Assembly: GCA_913043225.1 (NCBI GenBank)
Contig: CAJWLU010000002.1
Location: 64,001-128,000, forward strand
Reading direction: 5' to 3'
DNA length: 64,000 nucleotides
DNA from: an uncultured Acidobacteriota bacterium
Lineage (GTDB): Bacteria; Acidobacteriota; Vicinamibacteria; Vicinamibacterales; UBA8438
Position 1 is the stretch's first letter, and each line of letters starts with the position of its first letter. The position numbers were made by a program, and so were the translations under genes. The notes beneath the pieces are model-generated. The model was not told the origin of the DNA. It searched no databases and worked only from the letters and a program-made list of their open reading frames with translations. Shown one piece after another: positions 48,806 to 58,869 of this stretch.

Positions 48806-49492
48806 TCAGGGTTGGTCCGGGGGAGTGTCCCCGGAGGAATCCGGCGCTTGGTCGAAGTCGACCTTCGGGGCGTCGAAGCCTGGCGCCAGTTGCTCGCCGG
48901 CCCGGATTTGGACCTCGAGCCAGTTCTCTCTGGGCGGTACCGGGCATTCCCAGGCTTCGTCGTAGTAGCAGTTCGGGTTGAATGCCCGGTTGAAGTCCAG
49001 TTCGTAGATACCACTGGCGGTGCGTGGGAGCTCTAGGTAGCGGCCTCCACCGTAGGTCTCACTGTCGTTCGTCGTGTCCTTGAACATGATGAACAGTGAG
49101 TCGATGGAGCGAACCGGCGCCTCGGCCAGCGCCGAGAGTTGCATCGGTTCGCCGTTGAGTGCGAACTTCAGGACTCCGACTCGTTGCATCGGAAAGATCT
49201 GACCGGTTGAGTATGGAATGTCGAAGATCTCCTGCTCAGGAGAGACTTCGAGCGCGGCCGCGACCCGGAAGGTCGGATCGGGGTCGTAGTAGTTGATAGG
49301 CAGAAGCACTCCCCGCCGCTCGACCGGGATCGGTGAGATCGGGTTCTCCCGGTGATACTGGTTCAACTGGTCGCGATGCGTCGTCAGCTGCTCCAGCCAG
49401 CCGGTCTCATCTGGTGGCGGCGCCGTACAGGCAGCAGACGCCACGAGCGCCGCTGTCAGGATGGCTGATCCAACTGGTACGTTCCACTTCAT
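48806..49492 (-). CDS. DUF1684 family lipoprotein
   Basis: SAAC lipobox, F.D.TN..ETYGGGRYL, DFNRAFNP.C.Y. Confidence 0.85.
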   Translation of the reverse strand: MKWNVPVGSAILTAALVASAACTAPPPDETGWLEQLTTHRDQLNQYHRENPISPIPVERRGVLLPINYYDPDPTFRVAAALEVSPEQEIFDIPYSTGQIFPMQRVGVLKFALNGEPMQLSALAEAPVRSIDSLFIMFKDTTNDSETYGGGRYLELPRTASGIYELDFNRAFNPNCYYDEAWECPVPPRENWLEVQIRAGEQLAPGFDAPKVDFDQAPDSSGDTPPDQP

Positions 49493-51267
49493 CCCAAGCT
49501 ATATCCTGCCCTGTCGACGACCGCGTCCGCAAGCCGCCGACGCATGGCGGTGGTGTTGACCGGCGTGACCTTGAGCAGACGCCTGAGCGCACCCAGGTTC
49601 ATCCGCAGCGAATCGCCTTCGTCCATTGCCGCCAGTGCCGACCGTGCGGCCGCCTCGATCCGATAGGTGGCGTCGTTGACCCAGACCGCCGCGGCGTCCT
49701 GTTGAAGTGCGGCCGAGCTTGGGGTATCGTCCGTCGCCTGAAGCGCTCGGAGCACGGCGCTTTCGGAAAGGAACGTGTCAATCAGTATGTCCGCCGTCCA
49801 CGAGAGGATCTCCTGTTCTTCCGTGAGCTTCTCGCCATAGCGCTGCATGGCGAGTCCTAGCACCATGATTGCCGCCTTCTTGAAGGCCGCCACGACTTTC
49901 CGCTGCTCGCCGAGCGGTTCGTCGGACGGTTCCGAGAGCGCCGGCGGGCTCATGATCTCGTCCTGAAGCTGCTTGGCCGCTGGGATGAGGGGAAGGCCGC
50001 CCTTCAGCGCACGCCGGATGAGCGTGCCTGGAATCAGAAGCCGGTTGATCTCATTGGTGCCCTCGAAGATGCGGTTTACACGGCTGTCGCGATAGTGTCG
50101 CTCGGCAGCGTAGTCCTTCACGAACCCGTTTCCGCCATGTATCTGGACGTTCTCGTCGAGCACATAGTGAAGCATCTCGCTGCCCGCGACCTTAAGGATG
50201 GAGCACTCGACAGCCAGCTCCTCGAGGGTGTCTCGTAGCAGGGCCGCATCTTTCGCGTCGTGGTTGGCCAGCGCGTCGTCGAGCGCACCGGTGGTTCGAT
50301 AGATGCCGCTTTCCACCGCGTAGGTACGGGAGGTCATCTCGCCAATCTTGTATTTGATCGCCCCAAAGCTGGCGATCGGCCGTCCGAACTGGTGGCGTTC
50401 GGCGGCATAGCGGGCCGATTCTCCGATGGCGCTGGTCGCGCTTCCGCTTGCCATCACCGCGAGCTTGAAGCGGCCGTAGTTCAGCGTGTTGAACGCGACC
50501 TTGTGTCCCTTTCCGATATCACCGAGTACGTTGTCAGCTGGTACCACCACATCATGAAAAATGACCGGTGTCGTGGATGAGCCATGTAGGCCCATCTTGT
50601 GCTCTTCCTTGCCGGTGGACACGCCAGAGTAGGTCCGCTCGACCAGGAACGCGGTGAAGTGCTCGCCGTCGACCTTGGCGAACACCACAAACAGGTCGGC
50701 GAAGCCTCCGTTCGTAATCCACATCTTCTCGCCGCTGATCTTGTAGCTGCCGTCGTCTTGGCTGGTTGCCCGGGTCTTGGCGCCGAGCGCATCCGATCCT
50801 GAGCCAGATTCGCTGAGACAGTAGGCGCCGACCCACTCGCCGCTGACCAGCTTCTCGAGATAACGGGCCTTCTGGTCCTCGGTACCGAAACACTGCAGCG
50901 GCAGGATGGCGAGACCGGTCTGCGCACCGTAGGTTGATCCGAACGAGCCGCCCTGGCCAATCCGACACCCGACAACGACCGAGGACGCTTTGTCGAGTTC
51001 GACCCCGCCGTATGCCTCGGGTACGTCGGTGCCCATCAGGCCAAGCTCGCCCGCTCGACGGACGAGCTGACGCGCCAGCTCCCAGTCCTTGGTTTCCAGT
51101 TGGTCGTGGTTGGGCGTGATCTCTTTGGAGACGAACTCCTCGGCGGTCTGGTCGATCAGTCGATGCTCTTCGCTCAGTCGCTCGGGAGTGAACGTCTCGC
51201 CTGGAGCCGACTCCTCTAGGAGCCAGGCTCCACCCTTGATCTCAGCCGGCGTTGCTGTCGTCGTCAT
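49489..51267 (-). CDS. fadE: Acyl-CoA dehydrogenase (Bacillus FadE-like)
   Basis: YCLSE..SGSDA, G.KMWITNG, QIHGG.G, RIFEGTNEINR. Confidence 0.88.
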   Translation of the reverse strand: MTTTATPAEIKGGAWLLEESAPGETFTPERLSEEHRLIDQTAEEFVSKEITPNHDQLETKDWELARQLVRRAGELGLMGTDVPEAYGGVELDKASSVVVGCRIGQGGSFGSTYGAQTGLAILPLQCFGTEDQKARYLEKLVSGEWVGAYCLSESGSGSDALGAKTRATSQDDGSYKISGEKMWITNGGFADLFVVFAKVDGEHFTAFLVERTYSGVSTGKEEHKMGLHGSSTTPVIFHDVVVPADNVLGDIGKGHKVAFNTLNYGRFKLAVMASGSATSAIGESARYAAERHQFGRPIASFGAIKYKIGEMTSRTYAVESGIYRTTGALDDALANHDAKDAALLRDTLEELAVECSILKVAGSEMLHYVLDENVQIHGGNGFVKDYAAERHYRDSRVNRIFEGTNEINRLLIPGTLIRRALKGGLPLIPAAKQLQDEIMSPPALSEPSDEPLGEQRKVVAAFKKAAIMVLGLAMQRYGEKLTEEQEILSWTADILIDTFLSESAVLRALQATDDTPSSAALQQDAAAVWVNDATYRIEAAARSALAAMDEGDSLRMNLGALRRLLKVTPVNTTAMRRRLADAVVDRAGYSLG

Positions 51268-51306
51268 CGTCAGATCCTCATCAAAAGAGACGGGGTGTTT
51301 GCCCCT

Positions 51307-52488
51307 TCAGGTCAGTCGTTCGAAGATGCCGGCGGCGCCCATTCCGCCGCCGACGCACATGGTGACCAGGCCGTAGCGCCCTTCGCGCCGCCTCAGCTCG
51401 TATAGCAGGCTGGTCGTTAGCTTGGCGCCGGTGCAGCCGAGCGGATGTCCCAGTGCGATCGCGCCGCCGTTGACGTTCAGCTTGTCCCGATCGATCGGAA
51501 GCTCCCGCAGGCAGGCGAGCACCTGGGCGGCGAATGCCTCGTTGAGCTCCACGAGATCGATGTCGTCGAGGCTTAGCCCGGTTCGTTCGAGTACCTTCTT
51601 GATGGCGGGCACCGGGCCCACTCCGAAGCGTTCGGGGTCGACACCGGCGGTGGCGTAAGCCACGAACCGCCCGAGCGGCTGAAGGCCAGCGCGCTCGGCG
51701 CGCTCCCGCGAAGTAACCACGACCGCCGCCGCACCATCGCTCGTCTGCGACGAGTTTCCCGCGGTTACCGACCCACCCACGCGGAAGGCCGGGCGCAGGC
51801 CGGCTAGCACTTCGAGCGAGGTGTCGGCGCGTGGGCCTTCGTCCGTGTCAAACCGAACGTGGTTGACGGTGGGTCGGCTCCCATTGCCTGGCGCGACCAC
51901 CTTGATGTCGAGCGGCGCGATCTCGTCCTTGAAGCGTCTGGCATCGATCGCCGCGATCGCGCGCTCGTGGCTCGCCAGCGCGTAAGCGTCCTGCTCTTCG
52001 CGAGACACTTCCGCCTCCAGCACGTGGTTCTCTGCGACTAGGCCCGTCGAGAGATACACGTCAGGGTAGTCCTGCATCAACTGGGGATTTGGGGCGATCT
52101 TGTTGCCACCCATCGGAATCAAGCTCATCGACTCGGTGCCCCCGGCGATAATGGTCTCCGCCGCGCCCACCATCACGCGCTCCGCCGCGTAGGCGATCGC
52201 CTGCAGGCCCGAGGAGCAGAACCGATTGATGGTGACCGCCGACGCGCTGTTCGGCACTCCGGCGCGAAGACTCGCGATGCGCGCCACGTTCATGCCCTGT
52301 TCGCCTTCGGGCATGGCGCAGCCGAGAATGACGTCCTCGACCTCCTCCGGTGCGATGCCTGGCGCGCGGTGCAGCGCTTCCTGGATGACGGTGGCCGCCA
52401 TCTCGTCGGGACGGGTTGCCCGAAGTGTTCCCTTGGGGGCCTTTCCCACCGCCGTGCGTACTGCCGAGGCGATGACTGCGTCGGTCAT
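51307..52488 (-). CDS. fadA: Acetyl-CoA C-acyltransferase (thiolase)
   Basis: NRFCSSG, NEAFA, GHPLG, CVGGG. Confidence 0.92.
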   Translation of the reverse strand: MTDAVIASAVRTAVGKAPKGTLRATRPDEMAATVIQEALHRAPGIAPEEVEDVILGCAMPEGEQGMNVARIASLRAGVPNSASAVTINRFCSSGLQAIAYAAERVMVGAAETIIAGGTESMSLIPMGGNKIAPNPQLMQDYPDVYLSTGLVAENHVLEAEVSREEQDAYALASHERAIAAIDARRFKDEIAPLDIKVVAPGNGSRPTVNHVRFDTDEGPRADTSLEVLAGLRPAFRVGGSVTAGNSSQTSDGAAAVVVTSRERAERAGLQPLGRFVAYATAGVDPERFGVGPVPAIKKVLERTGLSLDDIDLVELNEAFAAQVLACLRELPIDRDKLNVNGGAIALGHPLGCTGAKLTTSLLYELRRREGRYGLVTMCVGGGMGAAGIFERLT

Positions 52489-53150
52489 GACTGCTCCTCT
52501 CCGAACCCGCGCTCGATCGCGGTGCCCACGGCCGGTACCCAGCCGTCGAATAGATGATTGGCGCCGTCGATCACCGTGAGGGTCTTCGGCGGATTGACCT
52601 GTTCGTAGAACTCTCGGAGTAGGTCGATCGGGATGAGCTCGTCCTCGGTACCGTGGATGAAGTACATCGGTTTTCCGCTGGCGAGGACACCCTCGAAGTC
52701 ACGTCTCCCAACCGGAGGCGCGATCGCGAGCAGCCGCGTAACCCGCGGATCGGTCACGCCAGCGGTCAACGCGATCCAGGCGCCAAGGGAGAACCCCGCC
52801 GCCCACAGCTCGGCGCCCGGACAGGCGTCGGCGACGAAGTCGAGCCCGGCTTCGAAATCGGCTCGTTCCCCTCGCCCTTCATCCCACTGGCCCTCGCTGG
52901 TGCCGACTCCGCGAAAGTTGAACCGGAGGACCGCGCATCCGAGGCGGAGAAAAGACTTCGCCGTGCGGTAGACCACTTTGGTGTGCATCGTGCCCCCGTG
53001 CAGGGGGTGGGGGTGACCGACGACGACTCCGGCGCGGACATGGCCAGAGGGGCGATCGAATAGCGCTTCGAGGCGTCCTGCTGGCCCGTCGAACTCGCGG
53101 ACCGTCCTGTAGGTCCCGCTCGCTACGGGTGTCACATCGGTCGGGTTCAT
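52485..53150 (-). CDS. Alpha/beta hydrolase
   Basis: HPHPLHGGTM, RFNFRGVG.S, GFSLG, G..D, ANH. Confidence 0.85.
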   Translation of the reverse strand: MNPTDVTPVASGTYRTVREFDGPAGRLEALFDRPSGHVRAGVVVGHPHPLHGGTMHTKVVYRTAKSFLRLGCAVLRFNFRGVGTSEGQWDEGRGERADFEAGLDFVADACPGAELWAAGFSLGAWIALTAGVTDPRVTRLLAIAPPVGRRDFEGVLASGKPMYFIHGTEDELIPIDLLREFYEQVNPPKTLTVIDGANHLFDGWVPAVGTAIERGFGEEQS

Positions 53151-53968
53151 GCTGGTTTCTGCAACGGTTCAGGTTGGCGTGTGTGTTCGATCACGAATTG
53201 ACCAACTGTCTCGGCGAATTGTGCCGGTTTCGTGACGAGACCGAGGTGCCCGGTACCCGCGATGGTGTGAGCCTTGGCTCCTTGGATCCTCTCCGCGTAG
53301 CGACGTGTCCCTTCTACTGCTACCACCCGGTCGAGCCCCGGCTCCCCGGTGACGACGAGAGTGGGAGCGCTCACATGATCGCAGGCCGTCGCGAAGTCGA
53401 CGGTGCCATCGGCCATCAGCTTAGCTCTGGTCGCCATGCGGGTCGGCGAGAACGGGTGTCGTACCACTGTCGCTAGATGGCTTGCGGCAAACCTTAGACG
53501 CAAGCCAAGGTGGTCGAACGCCTGCCAGATTTCAGGTCCCACCCGAAACGGCGACTGTGCGGCGAACAGCGGCGAGAGCAGTCGCGGCGCCCGCAGATAC
53601 CACTCGATCCGGCAATCAGGACGCCATTCCGGAGCCGGCGTCGACGCGAGCACCAGCGATCGGGTCGCTTCGGGTCGCCGCGAGGCCCAGTACAGAGCGA
53701 TCAAGCCGCCAAACGACACCCCGCACACTGCCGCGTCGCGAAGATTGGCGCGCGCCATTAGATCGTCGATCTGCTCGAGGTAGTTGTCGAAGCCGCGCAG
53801 AGGGTCGTAGTCACGGCCACTGCCAGGTTCGCCGGCCAGTGAGACGGTCAGGACGCGACAGTATCGGGACAGGTGATGCACAGCCGGTCCCATCCATTCC
53901 CAGCGTCCCTGTACTCCTGCCACGAGCACCAGCGGCGGACCGGACCCGACATCGACCAGACCAGTCAT
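53147..53968 (-). CDS. Alpha/beta hydrolase
   Basis: GVSFGG nucleophile elbow, LD, TGH. Confidence 0.8.
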   Translation of the reverse strand: MTGLVDVGSGPPLVLVAGVQGRWEWMGPAVHHLSRYCRVLTVSLAGEPGSGRDYDPLRGFDNYLEQIDDLMARANLRDAAVCGVSFGGLIALYWASRRPEATRSLVLASTPAPEWRPDCRIEWYLRAPRLLSPLFAAQSPFRVGPEIWQAFDHLGLRLRFAASHLATVVRHPFSPTRMATRAKLMADGTVDFATACDHVSAPTLVVTGEPGLDRVVAVEGTRRYAERIQGAKAHTIAGTGHLGLVTKPAQFAETVGQFVIEHTRQPEPLQKPA

Positions 53969-53972
53969 CGCT

Positions 53973-56300
53973 CTAGTTCCTGAGTGTTTTCCCTGTCTTC
54001 AGCGTGTGACGGATCCGTTCCAGCGTCTTGGCTTCTCCGCACAGTTTAAGGAATGCCTCGCGCTCGAGGTCGAGCAGGTGCTGTTCGCTCACTGTCGTCG
54101 GGTGTGGGAGGTCGCCGCCAGTCATGATCCGAGTGATCTGCCTGGCAATCAGCGCGTCGTGGTCGCTTATGTGCCCACCTCGCCAGGCCAAATGGACCCC
54201 GAGTTCGAGCGTCGCCCGCGTATCTTCGCCGCCGACGAAAACCGTGTTGCGGTGCGCGGGGGCGCGGTATCCATCATGTACCCGTTCGAGCGCGGTGGCC
54301 TTGGCATCCGCCATCAGCCGTTCCCGATTCATGGAGATGCCGTCGACCTCACGGAGGAGTCCGAGGCGTTGCGCGTCGGCCGCGCTGGTTGAGACCTTGC
54401 CGAAGCCGATGAGCTCGAACGCTCGCTGGAGCCGAGGCAGCGGGTCGCCTCCGGGGACGGTTGCATCGATCGCCCGAAGCGTTAGCTCCTTCGTCCCACA
54501 GCCGGCCGGGATGAGTCCGACGCCGACCTCGACCTGACCCATATAGCTCTCGGCCGCGGCCTGGACCCGATCGCCGTGCAGGACCATCTCGCATCCGCCC
54601 CCGAGGGTCAGCCCGGCCGGTGCCACGACGACCGGCACCTGAGAGTAGCGGAGCCCAAGGATCGCCTTCTGGAAACCGCGCACCATCAGGTCGATCTCGT
54701 CCCAGTTCCCCTCCTGCGCTTCGAGGAGCACCATCATCAGGTTGGCGCCCGCGCAGAAGTTCACCGCGTTGTTGCCTATCACCAGCGCGGAATACTGTTC
54801 GGCTGCCACGCTGATGCCCGCCATCAGCATCTGCACAGTGTCGCCGCCGATGGTGTTCATCTTGGAGTGGAACTCGACGGCGAGCACCCCGTCGCCGAGG
54901 TCAACAAGACTGGCTCCGCTGTTCTTCCGCACCACGTCCCGCTCGGCTCTGGCCGTGGCCAGGAGCTGAAGTTCTGGACCCGCCGGCCCAAGGTCGCCTT
55001 CGCGAAACCGGCGCCGGGCCTGATCCGAGCCGCGGGGTGCCAGACCCGCCCATTCCAGGGTGGCTGCCGGGAGGTCGGTTTCGCCACCAGCGTCCAGCAC
55101 AGTGTCGAGGCCGATCGCGTCCATCAGCTCGAACGGTCCACGTTCCCAACCGAATCCCCAGCGAAGGGCGCGGTCGACGTCATCCGGGCTGTGGGCGATA
55201 TCTGGGCCGATCTGCGCGGTGTAGAGCAGCGTCTTCCCGAGGGTGGCGCGCATGAATTCGCCCACCGGATCGCGACCGTTGAACAAGATTTGGACCCGTT
55301 CACCAAGATCTTCAATAGATCGGGCCGCATCGATCGCGCCTAGGCGAGCCGACTGACGCTCGCGATACTCCATGGTGGAGGGGTCCAGGGCGAGGATGGT
55401 CGTCCCCTCCGGGTCGCGCTGCTTCTTGTAGAATCCCTGACCGCCCTTTTCACCGGTCCAACCCTTTTCGACTAGCGAGCTCACGAGTTCCGGGAGGACG
55501 AACGCTTCCCGTTCTGGCGATTCGAGCCGAGTCACCAGGTCGGCGGTGACGTGCGCGAGGATGTCGATGCCCGCAATGTCCATCGTGCGGAAGGTCGCGC
55601 TCTTGGGGCGGCCCAGGGCGGGTCCCGTCATCGCGTCGATCTGTTCGATGGTGTACTTGCCGGTTGCCAGTTCATCCAGCGCCCGGGCTACGCCGAAGAG
55701 CCCGATGCGATTGGCGATGAAGCTCGGGGTGTCCTTCGCGATGACCACGCCCTTGCCCAGCTGACGATCGACGAAGTCGGAGATCGTGGTCACGATGGTG
55801 GGATCGGTGTCCGGGGTAGGGATAACTTCGACTAGGCGAAGGTAGCGGGGGGGGTTGAAGAAATGGGTGCCGAGCCAGCGGCGACGGAATCCTTCGCTGC
55901 GTCCCTCGGCGATGGCGCCGATCGGGATACCCGAGGTGTTCGAGCTAACGATAGCGTCGGGGCGGCGATGGCCGTCCACCCGTTCGAGCAGGGCCTGCTT
56001 GATCTCGAGGCGCTCCACGATCGCTTCCACGATCCAGTCGCACTCGCCGAGAGTCTCCAGATCCTCGTCGAAGCCGCCAAGTCTGATGCGGCGCTTGAGA
56101 TCGCGGGAGAAGAAGGGGTTCGGACTGAGCTTCGCGGCGCGGTCGAGGCCGCCCGCGGCGGTAGCGCGGTCGAGGTCGAGCAGGAGTACCTCGATGCCGA
56201 CGTTGGCAAGATGGGCCGCAATCTGTGCGCCCATGGTGCCGGCGCCCAGCACAGCCACGGAGCGAATGGGGGGGGCGGTTACGTCGGTAGTGCCGGTCAT
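53973..56300 (-). CDS. fadN: 3-hydroxyacyl-CoA dehydrogenase/enoyl-CoA hydratase (FadN domain order)
   Basis: GAGTMG, SNTSG, HFFNP, FCAGANL, GGGCE, C-terminal GK.LRN. Confidence 0.88.
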   Translation of the reverse strand: MTGTTDVTAPPIRSVAVLGAGTMGAQIAAHLANVGIEVLLLDLDRATAAGGLDRAAKLSPNPFFSRDLKRRIRLGGFDEDLETLGECDWIVEAIVERLEIKQALLERVDGHRRPDAIVSSNTSGIPIGAIAEGRSEGFRRRWLGTHFFNPPRYLRLVEVIPTPDTDPTIVTTISDFVDRQLGKGVVIAKDTPSFIANRIGLFGVARALDELATGKYTIEQIDAMTGPALGRPKSATFRTMDIAGIDILAHVTADLVTRLESPEREAFVLPELVSSLVEKGWTGEKGGQGFYKKQRDPEGTTILALDPSTMEYRERQSARLGAIDAARSIEDLGERVQILFNGRDPVGEFMRATLGKTLLYTAQIGPDIAHSPDDVDRALRWGFGWERGPFELMDAIGLDTVLDAGGETDLPAATLEWAGLAPRGSDQARRRFREGDLGPAGPELQLLATARAERDVVRKNSGASLVDLGDGVLAVEFHSKMNTIGGDTVQMLMAGISVAAEQYSALVIGNNAVNFCAGANLMMVLLEAQEGNWDEIDLMVRGFQKAILGLRYSQVPVVVAPAGLTLGGGCEMVLHGDRVQAAAESYMGQVEVGVGLIPAGCGTKELTLRAIDATVPGGDPLPRLQRAFELIGFGKVSTSAADAQRLGLLREVDGISMNRERLMADAKATALERVHDGYRAPAHRNTVFVGGEDTRATLELGVHLAWRGGHISDHDALIARQITRIMTGGDLPHPTTVSEQHLLDLEREAFLKLCGEAKTLERIRHTLKTGKTLRN

Positions 56301-56917
56301 CGCTTCCTCAGTCCCTGCACGAAGAGGTCGACGACGTCGTCGGCCTGCGCCACGAGCCGATACCGGCGGCGGCTGAGAATCCAGTTGGTTGCCATTTCGT
56401 CGAGTGCGCCGTAGAACATCTTGGCCGCGAGCATGGCACTGGCCTCGGGCCGGAACGTTCCTTCATGCTGTGCACCAGTAATTGCGTCCCTGATCGCGTT
56501 CAAATAGTCCTGGAGGAGCGTCGAGGAGAACCGCTCCATGAACTTCGTGGACTGCCGCAGTTCGACCTGAAACACCACCGCCATATCCCGATCGCGCCCC
56601 AGATGCCCCAGGTGCACCCGGGCCAGCCGATGCAGTCGTTCGACCGGATCGGCTACACCTTTGAGCGAGGCGTTGGCCTCGGCCATCGCTTCCTGCATCC
56701 GTTGCTCGAAGATCGAGATCAGTAGATCGTCTTTATTCTCAAAGTACAGATACACCGTGCCTGCTGCCACGCCGGCCTCCTTGGCGACGTCGGCTACCTG
56801 GGCATGGAAGAACCCTCGTCGGGCGAAGAGCTTGGTTGCGGCGCGCAGAATCAGCTCCCGCTTGTCGGCGGTGGAGGGTTGACGGACGGCGCGACGGCTG
56901 GTGGAAGCAATGGGCAT
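56297..56917 (-). CDS. fadR: TetR family fatty-acid regulator (Bacillus FadR/YsiA-like)
   Basis: VA.EAGVA.GTVYLYF.NK HTH; VFQVELRQS; GALDE..T.W. Confidence 0.85.
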   Translation of the reverse strand: MPIASTSRRAVRQPSTADKRELILRAATKLFARRGFFHAQVADVAKEAGVAAGTVYLYFENKDDLLISIFEQRMQEAMAEANASLKGVADPVERLHRLARVHLGHLGRDRDMAVVFQVELRQSTKFMERFSSTLLQDYLNAIRDAITGAQHEGTFRPEASAMLAAKMFYGALDEMATNWILSRRRYRLVAQADDVVDLFVQGLRKR

Positions 56918-56924
56918 GGCGACG

Positions 56925-56948
56925 TAATGAATGAATGTTCATTCATTA
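56925..56948. promoter_or_regulatory. FadR-type operator palindrome
   Basis: TAATGAATGAA-TG-TTCATTCATTA with perfect 11-bp arms; TGAATGA...TCATTCA core as in the B. subtilis FadR box. Confidence 0.85.
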
Positions 56949-56954
56949 ATATTC

Positions 56955-56984
56955 ATTGTGGCAACCCCTTGCGGCGATTGTCAA
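56955..56984 (-). promoter_or_regulatory. sigma70 promoter of the fad operon
   Basis: TTGACA-N18-CACAAT with TGn extension, directly upstream of the operator. Confidence 0.65.
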
Positions 56985-57010
56985 GCAGGCACCGCTGCGG
57001 TGTCCGGGCA

Positions 57011-57035
57011 CAAAAAAAGCGCGCTGTTAGCGCCG
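57011..57035 (-). terminator. Intrinsic terminator downstream of the TPR gene
   Basis: GCGCT-AAC-AGCGC hairpin followed by GC and T7 on the minus strand. Confidence 0.55.
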
Positions 57036-57127
57036 CCCGAGACAGGGGGACAATCACGGCGGTCTATCCGTTGTCGCTTGGCCGTTCAGGGGGGCGACGA
57101 ACGGTGCCCGCGTGCAGCGGGGGGATG

Positions 57128-58072
57128 CTAGGGGAGCGCGTCCAGAGTTGCCCTGGCCTGGGCACCTTCCTCCGAGTCCGGGGCCTTCTCGACGACCTGT
57201 TCGAAGAATCCCTTCGCCGTCGGGATATCGCCTTTGTTCAGGGCGACCAGAGCCAGTTTAAAGAGCGGCTTTTCCCAGTTTGGGTCAGCCTGGTTCGCCT
57301 GTTCGTAGTAATCCTTGGCGTTGTCGACCTCGCCCTTGGCGAACTCGACTTCGCCAAGGTTGTAGAGGTCTTCGCGTGAGGCGGTGCCGGTCTCGGCGAG
57401 AATCGACCCGGCGCCTTCGAAGTCGCCCATCGCCATCCGAACGCGCGCGATCTGTGGGTTGACGACGCTGGCTACGCCGGGGTCGGCCGCTATTGCGGTC
57501 TCGTAGGCGGCGATCGCCTCTTCGTTCTGTCCCTGTTCGAGGTGCGAGTTACCGATCATGATGTGCGCGTCGGTATAGGCCTGGAACTTGGCGAGAATCG
57601 CCTCGAAGGAGGAAATCGCCTCAGCCCACTCTTCGTTTTCGTATGCAGCGTTCGCTGCATCGATTTCCGCCTGGAGCGCCTCAGGATCCACATCGCCCAG
57701 CGCTTCGCTGCCATAGCGGAGTTCGAGTTGGCTGAGCACGCGGTCCATCTTGACCTCGATGTCCGGGTTGCGTCCTTGGCGGATCCGGATGCGGCCAGGA
57801 TTCGGCTGGAAGCCGTCGGCCTCGGCCGACACGCTCCACTGTCCGCTGTTGAGACCTAGCATGGTGAAGCCACCGACGCCGTCGGTCTGCTGCTCGAGGC
57901 GAGGGGGGTTGGCTTCAGGGTTCTCGAGAACTACCGTGGCGTTGGGGATCGGCTCGCCCGTTTCACTGTTGATCACCTTACCGGCGAGCATTCCGCCTTG
58001 TGCCGCGGCGGTTGCGGTCGCGAAACTGAACACGAGCGTCACGAGCATGCAGGATCTGAGGAACTGGCGCAT
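57128..58072 (-). CDS. Secreted carboxypeptidase-regulatory-like domain + TPR protein
   Basis: Signal peptide, G.V....G.PI.NATV domain, several TPRs; AGGAG RBS. Confidence 0.85.
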   Translation of the reverse strand: MRQFLRSCMLVTLVFSFATATAAAQGGMLAGKVINSETGEPIPNATVVLENPEANPPRLEQQTDGVGGFTMLGLNSGQWSVSAEADGFQPNPGRIRIRQGRNPDIEVKMDRVLSQLELRYGSEALGDVDPEALQAEIDAANAAYENEEWAEAISSFEAILAKFQAYTDAHIMIGNSHLEQGQNEEAIAAYETAIAADPGVASVVNPQIARVRMAMGDFEGAGSILAETGTASREDLYNLGEVEFAKGEVDNAKDYYEQANQADPNWEKPLFKLALVALNKGDIPTAKGFFEQVVEKAPDSEEGAQARATLDALP

Positions 58073-58179
58073 GAGCATCTCCTGGGGCTGCAGACCGCGG
58101 AGAATTGCCGCGGTAAGTACCGTCACGATTATAGACTACAGCGTGCGTTCCGGTGCCAGGCTGCGGCAATCCGCCGTCG

Positions 58180-58803
58180 TCAGTCGAGGCCGCTCAGCGC
58201 GGCTTGCGCCTCGGTGTTTTCTGGGTCCGCTTCGAGCGCCTGGCGGAAGGCGGCTCGCGCTTCTTCGGGGCGCTCCTGGGCCAAGAACGCGTGGCCGATG
58301 CTGAGGTGAAGGCTCGTCATCGCCGGAGCTTCTTCCAGCACCTCACGGTAGCGTTGGATCGCCGCCTCATACTGGCCTTCGTCGAACTGGGCATCGGCCT
58401 CGTCCAGCGCTGCGGCCAACTCGCTGGCCTTGAGCCCAGCGAGCACACCTGAATCTGGAGCGGGGGGGTTGAACAGATCGCGATCCATGGTGAAGGTGAC
58501 CCGCGTAGCCGGACCTGAGGAGCGTACGCCCACGAACCCCTGTACCGGCTCGAAGCCGTCGGCCGAGATGGCGAAGAGCCACTCGCCACGGTTCAGGCCG
58601 ATGAACATGAAACGCCCCTCAGGGTTGGTGACCGCAGTCTGACTGGCCTGCGACACCAGACTCTCGGCTGAGATCGAGGCGCCCTCGACCCCGTTTCCGT
58701 CTCGGTCTCGCACGACCCCGCGTACCCGTCCCTGAGCGGCTGCCTCGGCGGTGAATCCCAGGACTAGCGCGGCGACGACGACCCCTAGGCTGAATCGCGG
58801 CAT
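58180..58803 (-). CDS. Secreted carboxypeptidase-regulatory-like domain + TPR protein (paralog)
   Basis: Signal peptide, GVVRD..G..V.GA, T...GRF, two TPRs; GGAGGGAG RBS. Confidence 0.8.
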   Translation of the reverse strand: MPRFSLGVVVAALVLGFTAEAAAQGRVRGVVRDRDGNGVEGASISAESLVSQASQTAVTNPEGRFMFIGLNRGEWLFAISADGFEPVQGFVGVRSSGPATRVTFTMDRDLFNPPAPDSGVLAGLKASELAAALDEADAQFDEGQYEAAIQRYREVLEEAPAMTSLHLSIGHAFLAQERPEEARAAFRQALEADPENTEAQAALSGLD

Positions 58804-58869
58804 GCTGACTCCCTCCGTGCGAGGGACGGACCGGTATAGTGCCGGGTGACCCGAAAGTATAATCCGATC

